Source of the DNA: Octopus vulgaris
Taxonomy: Eukaryota
Length of the DNA: 64,000 nucleotides
NCBI GenBank assembly: GCA_951406725.2
Contig: OX597823.1
Location: 85,250,001-85,314,000, forward strand
Reading direction: 5' to 3'
The stretch's first letter is position 1. Each line of letters opens with the position of its first letter. Shown in pieces: positions 14,469 to 27,700 of this stretch. Under the pieces are notes generated by a model that saw nothing but the letters and a program-made list of their open reading frames with translations, was not told the origin of the DNA and ran no database searches. The position numbers and the translations under genes were made by a program.

Positions 14469-15151
14469 GTACATCGATTCATATACTCCAGAAGATTTCA
14501 ATAAAATAAAATGGAAACGACTGCGCAGCTAATTTGAACGTATGGTGTTTAGGCTAACCAACGAAAAAGACATAATATGCTCGTGTAACCCGATGAAAAC
14601 GGCAGGAAAATCTGCCTCAAATCCCACACGTGACTCAATAAAAAATAGAACCATACTCTGAATAACGTGGTCAAGGCTGTATTATGCCTGATGCACAAAA
14701 CTGGATGGGCTCGGGTGGATTGATTCTGGTCATAAAAATGTTCGATCAGATCTGATACGAGATCTAAACAGAAAGTATCAATCGTTTTCGCGCCAGAGTG
14801 TTTTAGAAATATCTATCTTGATATCCTTTTATAAATGAAAGATGCAAAACCCTGACATACAAAGAATTATAGTTAGCTGTTTGTGGATATCACTAGACTA
14901 GCTTCTCCATACGGTTTTTCAGTGAGATGTAAGGCATCCATATTTTACTCTTACAAAAAGAAACAAGACAAAACAAAAAAAAAACGATGATTTTACTAAT
15001 AAACTATATTAATTTCCGGAACGTTGTTTTAGTGAATATTTGCCAGATAATCCCATTTTACCCAATGCATATCTCAAATGAGGTGAATTAACTTCAAGAA
15101 GGAATCGAAACTGCATCACAATACACTTGTTATTAAATTTGCTTCAACTTC

Positions 15152-15349
15152 AAGGCGGTGAGCTGGTAGAATCGTTAGCACGTAGGGTAAAAAATGCCTG
15201 GCGCCATTTTGTCCGTCTTTACGATCTCAGTCCATATTCCGTTGGGGTCGATAAATTAAGTACCAGTTAAACACTGGGGTCGATGTAATCGACTAACCGC
15301 CTCCTCCAAAATTTCAAGCCTTGTGCCTATTATAGCAGGAATTATTATT
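15152..15349 (+). mobile_element. SINE family B, short-3'-end form
   Basis: aaggcggtgagctgg..ggggtcgataaattaagtaccag..gccttgtgcctat..attattatt. Confidence 0.85.
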
Positions 15350-16529
15350 TTGTTTGAACTACACATATATTCGAGAGAATGCTGTGATTCTCCAGCCTTT
15401 CACAAAAGTGTAATTTTCAAAAATGGCGTCAGCAGTTGTAAAACGAGAATTAAAATCATGGGAAAGGCTCGATCTATTAATAGCATCTTTTTCCATAAAA
15501 ATCAATATTAAAAAAAAACCAATACTACGCTCTACCTGAACCTTAATATATGATTCAAGATTTATATATTTTTTCATAGGGACACAAATTCAAGCATAAT
15601 ATGGCATCTACACATAAACTTCTATTAAATAAATCCTCAGCAAAATATATCAACTTTTTTTATTGTAAACAGATTTACGATTAGAGTGGCACCGGAGGGA
15701 ATTGCAAGACTGATTCTATAAGCCGAGCCATCCTGAAGGTGACCAAGGGGTAGACAGAAAAGAAAGTGATTGGATAATATCCATTGTCAAATTTGGTCAG
15801 GAATCGAACCAGAAATTATAATGATGGTTGATTCTGTTAGGGCCCTATGGGGGACTTGCCTATGAACTCTATCCCCAGCAATCCTTCCAGGAATAGTAGC
15901 AGCCTTGGTAGGTGGGTGGATATTTCTCATTTCGTGTATGAAAATGTAGAATGGGGTTCAATGAATTCTTTTTTATCAATTTTGTTATCTGTTAAATCCA
16001 GGTATGTTAAAAGCACAGTTCTATGAACGGCTATTTTAAACAAACATTAAACATAATCTTGCTATTTTTACTCGTTTTATTCTCATGACAACTTTCAAAA
16101 CTTCTCTGGGCGGAATTAAATGGTGATTAGGCATAAAAAGCAGTGAAGAATTATCATGTGACAAATTCTGTCGTCTAGGCCCATAATTTTTGATGGGCTA
16201 AATGTAAAACTAATGTAATAAATTGCTTCAATGCGTCAACATATACGCACTTTAAATTGTTAGGCATAAAGAAACGTCATGTAAATGAAATCAAGAGAGT
16301 GCTCGGGCATCTACTTATAGGTGACTAGTCGAAGTCATCACCAAAATAATATATCTTCATACATAGAGAAGATTCCTTATTCACAACTGTTTCAATTCCT
16401 TTCACCAGAAGCAGACAATAATATCTATTGAAGAAAACAGAAATAATAGAAGCAAAATAATTGCACACACCATATCTTGCTACTTGTAGACAGAGAGACC
16501 TGTGATTATATTATTCATGATCGAGGACA

Positions 16530-16602
<73 letters not shown>

Positions 16603-18276
16603 ATATAGTATATATATACATACATATATATATATATATATGTATATATATACATATCTACATACGTATATAAATACATATATTTACAAAAATATGTATA
16701 TATGTATTTGCGTGTGTGTATATATATATATATTTGTATATATATGTATGTATATGTAATCAAATGATGTCTTTATGCCAAGTCGCAATCGTCGCCTTTA
16801 TTTTATCACTGAGCTGAGAAATTTTCTTTTTAAACATTTTTTCCCCGTATGCCATTGATTACTAGCTTTGGTCAAATTCAAACCTTTAAAAAAATATTTC
16901 TTTTATTCACAGTTCTATTGAACGCTGTATCCATTCCAACAGCACTCAATTATGCATTTGTATTATGCTTGTTAAGCAAATACAATAACTTCTAAAGAAC
17001 TATACAAGATATCCAAACCGAAATAAAGAAAAGAAAATATCAAAAGCAGCAATAATAATGATAAAGAAATAATAATAATGTGAGTGGTAACAAAATGAAA
17101 AAATAACGGAAAACATGCCGTCCACAAAAAATACTAAAAATAGAAGACAGGAAACTGACAGTCGTTTTTTTTTTTTTAGCCGATCGTGGAGCTTTCGATG
17201 ACTGCGAAAGGATGGTTTATTATATAATTTAGAATTAGATTATAGATAAGCCAGGGTATGCTGAATGAAATTAAGAAACTGTTAGTATTGAAGAAAATAA
17301 TGATCTGCTGAAACGGCATGGCTTTACAAAACTAAAAATATAAAATAGAAGGAAAATAACAGCAACACCTTATACAAAGAATAATTCTAGTGTGGTCCTG
17401 TCTATTATAGTTGACAAATTTACTTTGACGAATTCTTTAGAATAGATAAAAATGTCAGTCAGACAAAAGCGATTTATAAAGCAAAAGATAACAAAACGAG
17501 GTAAAAGCAAAACGAATCGTAAATAAAAACAAACAAAAGACAAGCAAAACCATTGAAGAAAAACAAGAGGAAAGAACGAAATAAAATATGGTGAACAGTA
17601 AGATGGAGGAATGAAATATATGCCAGAGCCGTGAAGAGGATAAATGAATGTCTATAGTGAAGTAGATTAATGCCTTTATGAACAGACCATTGTACAGCTT
17701 GAAAAATCTATCTTTTATTTCCTGCTATTGGTCCGAACGTTGATCAATGAATATCTGTCGACATATATCAAGGCATGCGTACTGACATACACACCCACAT
17801 ATAGATGTAATTACAGAAATGAACATATCCATATATCCACATATCCACATAACCACATGCATATATCGATGTGTGGATATATCTGAAAATGAGAGTGTAC
17901 ATATCTATCGCTCTGTCTCTCTCTCTCTGTATATATACATATATAGATATATGTAAATATATGTATAATTTTATGTGTGTGAGTGTGGGCAGACATGTAT
18001 GCGTCTGACAACAGAGAAAAGGCCATTGTATATATGCTATTCTTTGTAGACAAGTCAAGTAAACAATTTACACATCCAAGGATTGCTATAGTTACAGGTT
18101 TGGGTCTGACAACGTCTACCCGAATTCAGCATGATTCAGAGTATCAGACATACGGCCACATGCAAAGTAATGTGTGTGTTCGTATGCATGTATGAATGTG
18201 TGTATGTGTGTGTGTGTATGTATTTATATTTATATATATGTTTTTAGGTTTTTAGTTATTTCTATAATTGTTTAAA

Positions 18277-18307
<31 letters not shown>

Positions 18308-18331
18308 CTATCTATCCATCTCTCTCTCTCT

Positions 18332-18407
<76 letters not shown>

Positions 18408-18742
18408 ATTATATATAAATGCTTGTTTTCATGTCAAGTTATATGTATAACATGTTTACTATTAAACTGAAGAAATATTTAATACATACAGTACAGTAAA
18501 CCTTTATTTACCTATAGAAGGAATAGGGATACAAGACTTCCAAGTTTCGGCTTTCTTTTTTGCTTCTGTCAGACTCTCCACTCTTGAGGAAGTTAGACAA
18601 AGCCATACTAGCAGCATATTCCTTATAGAACTTAACATTCGGTTACACACACACACACACACACGCATATATATATATATATTTACCTGTCTATCTATCT
18701 ATTTATCCTATCTATCTATCTATCTATTTATCTATCTATCTA

Positions 18743-18805
<63 letters not shown>

Positions 18806-18809
<4 letters not shown>

Positions 18810-19107
18810 AGTTCTACGTCTATTTGTGGTGTCCTGTACTCTTATATATATATATGCATGTATATATACATGTAGATGTAGGTACGTACATACATGTATG
18901 TATGTATGCATATATTTTATTTATTAAATTATTGTATGACTGAGCGCCCTCGCGTCGTTTCGTTTCGTTTCTCTTCTTTTCTCCAAGTAAGTTTTTATAT
19001 ATAATTATGACGCGAACTCTAACCCTTTGCTTGAACTTTCCTTCCTTCTTGTCTGTCTTCCCCTTTGCCTTCTCTCTCCTTCTTATGTTTTACCCTTTCT
19101 GGTTCCC

Positions 19108-19150
<43 letters not shown>

Positions 19151-19622
19151 TCCTCATCTCTCTCACTGCCGAGTCGACCAACTTCCTTTCACTCGCGGCT
19201 TTCTACAAGTCAACACGACTTTTCTTGCGCTCTGAATTTTTCCATCGTCTAGGCTTAAAAAAAGCCCTCAATGTTGGTTTCATTGTCCTGTTTTTATTCT
19301 TTATGTGTACTGTATATTTTTTTGTATTTGTATTTGTATTGCTTTTACTTCCTGTTCTTGTCACATTTTTTCTTTCCTTGTTTTTACCCCCTCTGCAAAG
19401 GAATTTTATTTAATTCTTTTGCAGGAAGGACTGGTTCGACGGGTCGTGTTCTGTCCTTACCTTTGAAACACGCATTGAGTCGAACCAGGGACAGCTGATG
19501 AAGATTCCTTGTATTGTTTGTCTTGTACTCTGTTTTTTCTGTTGTTAAAAAAAGTCCGTTTCCTAGTTTGTTTTTATGTTTTCGTTTCTCGTTGAGTTCT
19601 ACGTCTATTTGTGGTGTCCTGT

Positions 19623-19679
<57 letters not shown>

Positions 19680-19811
19680 TGTATATATACATGTAGATGT
19701 AGGTACGTACATACATGTATGTATGCATATATTTTATTTATTAAATTATTGTATGACTGAGCGCCCTCGCGTCGTTTCGTTTCGTTTCGTTTCTTTTCTT
19801 TTCTCCAAGTA

Positions 19812-19816
<5 letters not shown>
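18806..19816 (+). mobile_element. Direct-repeat-flanked element (pLTR-like; PLE-related?) in (TA)n
   Basis: 18806-18994 and 19591-19816 are near-identical direct repeats. The interior has a hairpin and CTGATGAAG at ~19496. Confidence 0.6.
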
Positions 19817-19871
<55 letters not shown>

Positions 19872-20379
19872 GATGAAGGTTGTTGCTATACACAATATAA
19901 AACCAAAAAGAAAAAAAAATCAGTTTTCACTAATAGTGACCGAGGGTGCGGGTAGCACCTATATGACTAGAAATAAGCATTAAAGCCCATAGAACCTCAA
20001 GAAAGCATATATTCATATACTCACAGGGGAGATAATTGACCCACAGCGAGCACAACTACGATACTAGTTCGTTTGAATATTATAAGCTCATCAGTAGTGA
20101 CTATTTCATTACTAGCTGGTTTGGCTGAATCCCGACTGTCATTATATAGTATTTACCATATGAATCAATCACTGATTCAGCAAAATGGTTGTATGAAGAT
20201 TATAAAATATCGAAGGCAGTTATACACACTATACAACAAGAAGGGAAAATTCAATTCAATTATCAGAAATTGTTTATCACATACATTGCTAGAATTAAGA
20301 CTTAAAAGATCCCTTAGAGCATCAATCCTGAAAATGTGGTAGGGTCGCTATTTTAGTCGGAAGGAGCATAATTTTAATT

Positions 20380-22260
20380 GCGTCGACCCTCGACGCGTCT
20401 GCTCGGCATCCAATTCTGTCAATGATTTATCCTGATCATTTTATATTCCCTAAGAAATAATCACACTTCGTAAAGCCGTAATCCCTAATTTTTTCGAATA
20501 CATATTTTACCTCCTCTATATCTTAATACCCGGATTCGCTTTTTATGAATATATCACCCAGATATAGCATTGAGAATTTACAGTCCGCTAACATTGTATC
20601 CACAATCTGTTGAAAAATCGACGGTGCGACTTTTAAGTCAAATGGTAACCTGTTGTAATTATACATTCCTTTTTGTGTGTTAATTGCTATGTATTTAGAG
20701 CATTCATCGTATACTTTAATCTGAAGAAAATAACTTCCCACCGTTTGATTTCGCAAAATATCCTCCGCAGTAGGTAGCGGATAGTGGCATGTTTCAGGAC
20801 ATTCGTTTAAACGCGTGAAAAAATTAGTACACGCTCTGCTTTTCTTATTCTTTTTCATAATGTAACTAGTGCTGCCATTTTAGAAAAGTCCACTTTTTGA
20901 TAACTCAATTTTTCTGGTCTCTCTAACACTATCTGTTCTAATCCTGCGAATAATAAGCCCTCGTTTTTTGTTTAAATGTCACTATGGCGTTATTTGTATT
21001 TGAAACCATGTCTTCGTTTTGGTACAAAGACCTAATTTCTCGGAGAGAACATGAGGAAAGATATGAATCGTTTTTCTCAATTCGTCTGATGACTTATTTG
21101 TATTAACGGAAAACCCATTTACATTTTTTACTGAAAAGATTTATGGGAATATCCCATAAATTAAACAATGCCATCCAGTAGGTATTCAACAAGTTTGTTG
21201 TAATTTTTAATACAAAAGCTTTAGCCCTGAAGGTTTTTCACGAAATGTAATGTTATTTATCAATTCGCCATTAGAATATAATTTTATTTCCTGAAACACC
21301 ACATGCAATTTTCGAGGTTTCATTTAATTTAGGTCTTCCGATCTTTTCCCATGTACCTGTGTTAATTAATGAGATGTCGCTGCCTCTATCTAAATGTAAC
21401 TTTACGTTTGTGTTATCAATTTTTACATACATAAATTATTTGAGGCTCTTTCGTATTTTTGACACCGATAATCTGTTTAAGCAATTTTTTCTGCTGAACC
21501 GATTTTCGGGTTCTGTCCTACAAAGCGCCATTTTACGTATTTTTATTTTTACCACACTTGTAGCATTTTATATTTTAAAACTGACAGTTATTTCTAAAAT
21601 ATAGACCGCCGCATCCATAACATGGATTCGGTCTTTTTTGTGTATTTTCTTATTTGTCACCAGTCGACACGCTTGAATCTGAGAACAAACATTTGCTAGG
21701 GTTTTATTTGCGTTATGTCGTAGATTAATAATCCTCTCATATTTTTCTGCTACTGCCTACAGAGTTAAATTTTAGTCCTGCTCTAATTTAATTCTGCACC
21801 TTTGCTGGAATTAAGCATCAAAATGAAAGACTTGAACGTGTCCGGGGTCAACTCATTCAATTTGAATTTCTCATACTCTCTCTCTTAACTACTCCTCCAT
21901 AGGTGACAAACATCTTCATAATCTTTTTTGACCAAATTTAAACATTGCCACCGAATATTGAAAAGGGAACTACTTACACTAGAAATTTTCGATGAAATAT
22001 TAATTTTTCCATCGAAACAAATCTCACCAGGCTTTTTCGGCAGAATATAATTACTGTATTTCTCGTGATCAGCAGGGGATAACTTTCTTAAGAGTAATCG
22101 TACTTTTTTCTCAACAGAATAACATTTATACTCTTCCTAGAAGATTTCTTCGTATCTACTAAAATATGCAGAGAAGGTAGAGCCTTCTTCTTGTCTACAA
22201 CTGAATTATTCAATTGAGTTTGCTACGCTATTTGGCGAGTAAAAAAAACCCCTGAGTATT
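20380..22260 (-). mobile_element. Gypsy/Ty3 LTR retrotransposon gag-protease-RT relic
   Basis: RT: YPLPTAEDI, LQIKV..INTQKGMYNYNRLPFDLKVAPSIFQQIVDTML..YLGDIFI. Protease: KLHLDRGSDISLIN. Gag-like: KKVRLLLRKL..YILPKKP..SLFNIRWQC. Confidence 0.85.
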
Positions 22261-22287
22261 TCTATCTCCATATCCACTTTCTCTCGT

Positions 22288-22326
<39 letters not shown>

Positions 22327-22390
22327 TTCTCTATGCATGTATGTATGTATGTATGTATGTATGTATATATATACATACATGGCACCGTGG

Positions 22391-22483
22391 GTGGCACCTT
22401 GAGCAAGTGTCGTCTACTATAGCCTCGGGCCGACCAAAACCTTGTGAGTGGATTAGGTAGACGGAAACTGGAAGAAGCCCGTC

Positions 22484-22535
<52 letters not shown>

Positions 22536-22782
22536 GTGTGTGTGTGTGTGTGTGTGCGTGTATGTTTGTGTGTCTGTGTTTGTCCCCCTAGCATTGCTTG
22601 ACAACCGATGCTGGTGTGTTTATGTCCCCGTCACCTAGCGGTTCGGCAAAAGAGGCCGATAGAATAAGTACTGGGCTTACAAAGAATGAGTCCCGGGGTC
22701 GAGTTGCTCGACTAAAGGCGGTGCTCCAGCATGGCCGCAGTCAACTGACTGAAACAAGTAAAAGAGTAAAAAAGTAAAAGAG
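22391..22782 (+). mobile_element. SINE family A, 5'-truncated, young
   Basis: gtggcaccttgagcaagtg...gactgaaacaagtaaaagagtaaaa. Confidence 0.9.
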
Positions 22783-22793
22783 TATATATATGT

Positions 22794-22940
22794 AGGTGTG
22801 GCTGTGTGGTAAGTCGTTTGCTGCCTAACCACATGGTTCTGTGTTCAGTCTCACTGTGTTTTACTTTGTGCAAGTTTATTCTATCATAGCCACAGTCCGA
22901 CCAAACCTTGGTAGACAGAAAGTAAAAGAAACCCGTTGTA
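22794..22940 (+). mobile_element. SINE family A 5' half, diverged
   Basis: ggtgtggctgtgtggtaag..accacatggttc..ggtagacagaaa. Confidence 0.75.
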
Positions 22941-23069
22941 TACCTATATAAAGCGTATATCTATCTGTGTTTGTATTTCTGCCTGTCTATTTCATATCTT
23001 ATCTGGATTTCTGCCTCTCTATTTCATATCTTATCTAGAATAACTATTGCTTAACCACTTTATCACACT

Positions 23070-23113
23070 GTCTCCGATGAGGGGATATATAAAATATCAA
23101 GGAAACAGCTGTT
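23070..23113 (+). ncRNA. Decayed HHR-like motif
   Basis: CCGATGA-ggggatat..atatc..GAAAC-agct-GT. Core and stems are mutated. Confidence 0.4.
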
Positions 23114-23327
23114 TATAAATGTTCTATAATCTTTCACAGCCTTGGATTTTTATCACATACTGAATTTTTTTTTTTTACATATACACATACTGATATATGG
23201 CCTACGTTGGACTCATCAGTCGCATAATCACCGAACCTGGATCTTAACTATAGTGTTACCATAGCACTTACTCGGCGTTACATGACACATTTGGGTCTTT
23301 TTGATATGACACCATTCCCTCTCATAA

Positions 23328-23387
<60 letters not shown>

Positions 23388-23671
23388 AATATTACTAGCA
23401 ATTCTGGTAATTTGTGATTGTTATTTTTAGAGGCAGGGGAGGTAGTAATTCTATTTTAGAGGTGAAATATAGCATGTATTTAACGAAATTTTAAATTTAT
23501 GGACAAAATATGTACAAAGTTGGTTATGCGTTCATGAATTAACATACTTAAAAAAATTTTAATTGGCTTTGTGTTCATATTCAGGTCTGGTTTGCTGACG
23601 TGCACCATTAGTCACTTTACTGACGATTGTACTTGTGCGATTTGGTTTTTTAATTGCGACTAGCCAACTTT

Positions 23672-23710
<39 letters not shown>

Positions 23711-23750
23711 ACACACACACTTACACACACACACTTACACACACACACAA

Positions 23751-23782
<32 letters not shown>

Positions 23783-24839
23783 GTATATATATATATGCAT
23801 ATACGGGTACAAGACGTCATAACGTCATAAACTGTGCAAACACGTAAACGTTGAGGAAAAAATGGAAAACAGGACAATGGAGATATAGAAGGAAACCGAA
23901 CGAAAACAAACATGGAGCGTCGTTAGACCTGGACGAGAGGAAAATAGTGAAAGCTGGGAGAAATATTTTCTTTGAAAAGAGAAAAGATAGAGGAGAGAGA
24001 AAAAAACGTCCAGTCTTTTGAACGTCTGTGCAGAAAAAGAAAAATGGTCACGTGAGGAAAATAAGATGGACGATGGTCACGTGTGATTACCGAGATATTT
24101 TTAAAAAGAAAGAGGGAGAGAGAGAGAGGGGGGGCAAATAAAAACGGTGAAACAGGGCGGGTGAGAAAAAGGAATTAATATAATTTGTGAAGGATGCCAA
24201 CCTATTCCTCCGGTGGATAGAAAGAATAAATTATGCTTATCTTTAACTTCAACATGACACACCAACCGACATTCAATGCTAAATAACTAATCAATTCTGT
24301 TTGTCAACACAGAACATACATAACCAAGTATCATTAATATCCAGCCTCCTTTTATGTAGACAACACTTTTGAATAAGTCGAACGAGGTGCTGAAACTAGC
24401 GCCTGTGACAATTACGCTGCATTCTTTCTCTAAAAGGCAGAATATCAACCTAGAGCGAAAGCAAAGAATGAAGAATGTACCATCGAACACAACCTATTAA
24501 TTTATCCGAAGATGTCAACTGGTTACAGATGTGTTCTAGTCTAATCATATCTTCGTCATAACAAGCAATGAAGAATGAAAATTTCTATAAGCTTGTGTGC
24601 AACTGCTCTACTAGTTATCATTCTCCTTCAGGTCCCACAATATTTTAAGAAGAAAGCACACTTTGAATAATGCAGACCTAATTAAAGTAAGCTTTGAGTT
24701 TCAGAATGAATTGTCACAGGTGGACCGCATTTAATCATATATTTAGTTTTATGTGTGTGATAAGTAACAGCAACGGTGAGACGGCAACAACAACATCGGT
24801 TTCTAAATCATTAAGACGTATACATTGAGATTAATTATA

Positions 24840-25892
24840 GGGATATAACAAGCGTTCTGTTGCCTATCCAGATGAGAAAGCAGTAAATGCTTTTCTGGTC
24901 ATAATTGGTATTTTAATCAAGATGTTGGTATCGTTTCAGTTATTATTCATAAAATAATCCCGTCTACTTGGCAAATTATTGATCCCTCGGGCATAAAAGT
25001 TCTTCAGATTTTGGAAATGAAGAAACACTCAATATCATTTTTAACCACTTCACAATTAATAAACTGTTTTCTCAATTGGTAACGTTGCAATGATTTCAAA
25101 AGATTAAATCTAGCTGCAGCAATATCAGGAGTGTAAGCAGGATGAGTCTAAAGGCAAAAGCTTCGGTATTTATGCCATAATATTTCCTGAGAGACCGGAA
25201 AATTATGTACTCGTATATTATCGTTTAAGAGCAACACGTTTAAGAACAGCAGTGAGAAATGACGGGCGCTTTTGCTACCAATTGTTGTGCAATGTTTCAA
25301 TTTATCGACAATACTTCGCATTTACTGTTTTGCTTTAGTTTAATTCTCCATTATCGACGACACCATTATAGCTTATCAAACACAGAGAATAACATTTTTC
25401 GGATGTATTCTGTGTGTAGGCATGGATCCCTTTTCTCGATTGGATGATAACTATTGTTGTTTTACGTTGGATACGATTTTAGAGAACCCACAACTCATCA
25501 CTTGTGATGACTCTACTGAGAGTACTTTCAGCGGCATGCCAATTCTTGAATGAGGGTCACTCTTTGATTAAGCCGGGAAGCAGAGAAATATTTAGGGAGC
25601 CATAGCCCAAATTTTGACACTTTTACTATTTCTTTAAGAGGCTTCATTATTAAAGTGTAACTTGAATTGAAATATGCTGCTAAGTCACGATTTTCCCGAA
25701 CTGCTGTTTTCAGAAACTCAGTATTGACAGGACTTTGCCCTCTGGATCAAGTGGAATTTGTGAGAGAAAAATTACCCGAACAGCACTGACCAAACGATTC
25801 GTGGTATGCCCTTATTTTAACGATCGTGTTCACGACATACAGTCAATGTGATCATGCCAAAAAGTTCGGCAGGACTTTTTTCCAACATAATA
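24840..25892 (-). mobile_element. Old, heavily decayed mariner element
   Basis: Minus frames give RVITSDELWV (first catalytic D) and HPAYTPDIA (YSPDLAP motif). TIR-like tattatgttggaaaaaag at ~25892. Confidence 0.7.
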
Positions 25893-25905
25893 TATTTCGC
25901 ATTTT

Positions 25906-26470
25906 AAGACGGTGAGCTGCCAGAAACGTTAGCACGCCGGGCGAAATGTAAAGCGGTATTTCGTCTGTCGTTACGTTCTGAGTTCAAATTCCGCCGAGGT
26001 CGACTTTGCCTTTCATCCTTTCGGGGTCGATAAATTAAGTACCAGTTCCGCACTGGGGTCGATATAATCGACTTAATACCTATGTCTGTCCTTGTTTGTC
26101 CCCTCTGTGTTTAGCCCCTTGTGGGTAATAAAGAAATAGGTATTTCGTCTGCCGCTACATTCTGAGTTCAAATTCCGCCGAGGTCGACTTTGCCTTTCAT
26201 CCTTTCGGGGTCGATTAAATAAGTACCAGTTACGCTCTGGGGTCGATGTAATCGACTTAATCCGTTTGTCTGTCCTTGTTTGTCCCCTCTATGTTTAGCC
26301 CCTTGTGGGTAGTAAAGAAATAGTTATTCCGTCTGTCTTTACGTACTGAGTTCAAATTCCGCCGTGGTCGACTTTGTCTTTCATCCTTTCGCGATCGATA
26401 AATTAATTAGCAGTTACGTACTGGCGTACTGGCCCCCTCCCCGCAAATTTCGGGCCTTGTGCCTACAGTA
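25906..26470 (+). mobile_element. Tandem trimer of SINE family B
   Basis: One full head plus two head-truncated units restarting at (g)gtatttcgtctg-like sequence near 26139 and 26322. Confidence 0.9.
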
Positions 26471-26489
26471 GGGTGCTATGTTGGATTTG

Positions 26490-27165
26490 GGTAGTGTTTA
26501 AGTGACACTCCTGCATCTAATCACTGACCTCTTTTCCTGCTGTTGTCAAAGAGTATCCATTTCCCATGACAAGTAATGATTTGATGCAAAAGTGATTTTG
26601 CCAGTCGAGAAAGCAATAAAGAGCAGACTTCGAGGCGTCTGTGGTTTTGAATCGCGTTCAGTTGATGCGGAACGAACTTATCTGCCTTCTTGTCTTTTCC
26701 ATTTTTATACAGGTGTCCAAAACTTGTGCGAGATGTTTCGATTTCTGATTGAAGTCTTCGTACATTTATTCCCGGATTTTGTTGAACCAAAGCATTTAAT
26801 CCATCACGCCGAATAACTGATTTTGGTTTACGTTTTCGTTTATTTTCAAGGCTATCATCTCCTGAACAAGAGCTGTGGAACCAACTCTGAACAGCTTTGA
26901 TGTCATCAAAGCCATTACCAAAAGCACGCTTGATATTCCTTAGAGCTTCTGCCGCAGAGTGACCCAGAGTGACTAAAAAACCACTCAAAATAGTTTGGTT
27001 GTTATCATTTTCATATGGTCTGTGGGTACGAATTTTGTATATCAATATTATTGGGAAAGAAAAAGAGTCAAGACTAAATGCAAAGTATACATAATTGAGT
27101 TTTCAAATGACTTAAATAACAAGTAATTAAAAATGCGACATTTCACGTGAAAAAATTAGTATATA
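26490..27165 (-). mobile_element. Mariner (Mos1/Hsmar-like) 5' half: transposase pseudogene, ORF 26521-27045
   Basis: LGHSAAEALRNIKRAFG..VQSWF..GDDSLEN, FVPHQL (WVPHEL motif) and IITCHGKWILFDN (ITGDEKW motif). The terminus resembles 35175-35235. Confidence 0.85.
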
Positions 27166-27174
27166 TTAATCTTT

Positions 27175-27700
27175 AATCCTTAAATTGTTTCAGCTTCAAA
27201 GTTGTGGTCTTACTGGGGCACCACCGTTGACTGTACTACGCAAATATTTGAAACCTCCTCTAATATGTGGAACATGGTGAATGAGGGAAATTGATGCCGC
27301 TGCTCTCATCTGTGTTTCCGGCCGTGAGGTTGGCTTATCTGGAATACTTGACAGGTTATCCAGTTTTACTTTCAAGACACCAACATCCACAACTTGCAGG
27401 GCCCTCAGGCATTTCTAGGAGGATATTGAAGACCTGTGGGGGCCTTCAAACCCAAGCTGTTGCAGTATCTGTTCCTGTGTTTCGATTGAATTGCTGGGAT
27501 TTTGGGCAATTCGCAGTAGCGCCCTTTCTGCTTCTTGCGTAACTTTCAATGATAAAGATGTATATTACCACAATTATTTTCCCGACTACATTCTAAGGAG
27601 AAGAATTTTAATTCTTCCAGTTTTTCTCAGTAGCTGATACGATGCGTTGAGACGATTTTCTTTGTGTAGCTTTGTAGCATTGCTTCGTGTTCTACCGTTA
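27175..27700 (-). mobile_element. CR1-like LINE 3' end, decayed
   Basis: ISY*EKLEELKFFSLE (cf. SYxERLxxLxLxSLE), PQVFNIL and DVGVLKVKLD..IPDKP. Confidence 0.65.

Noticed and set aside
16378-16412. HHR-like string on minus strand (ctggtgaa..gaaacagttgtg)
   Set aside because: Core is mutated and there is no stem II, so it is too degenerate to call.
18530-18578. HHR-like string on minus strand (ctgacagaagc..gccgaaac..gtc)
   Set aside because: Core spacing is wrong and the stems are weak.
22976-23040. ~31-bp tandem duplication
   Set aside because: Ordinary local slippage duplication.
25906-26470. CRISPR-like or satellite array
   Set aside because: Units are ~180-bp SINE bodies with no unique spacers, in a eukaryotic context.
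26521-27045. Domesticated SETMAR-like host gene
   Set aside because: The catalytic motif is mutated, the ORF is truncated and there is no SET domain, so it is a mariner relic.
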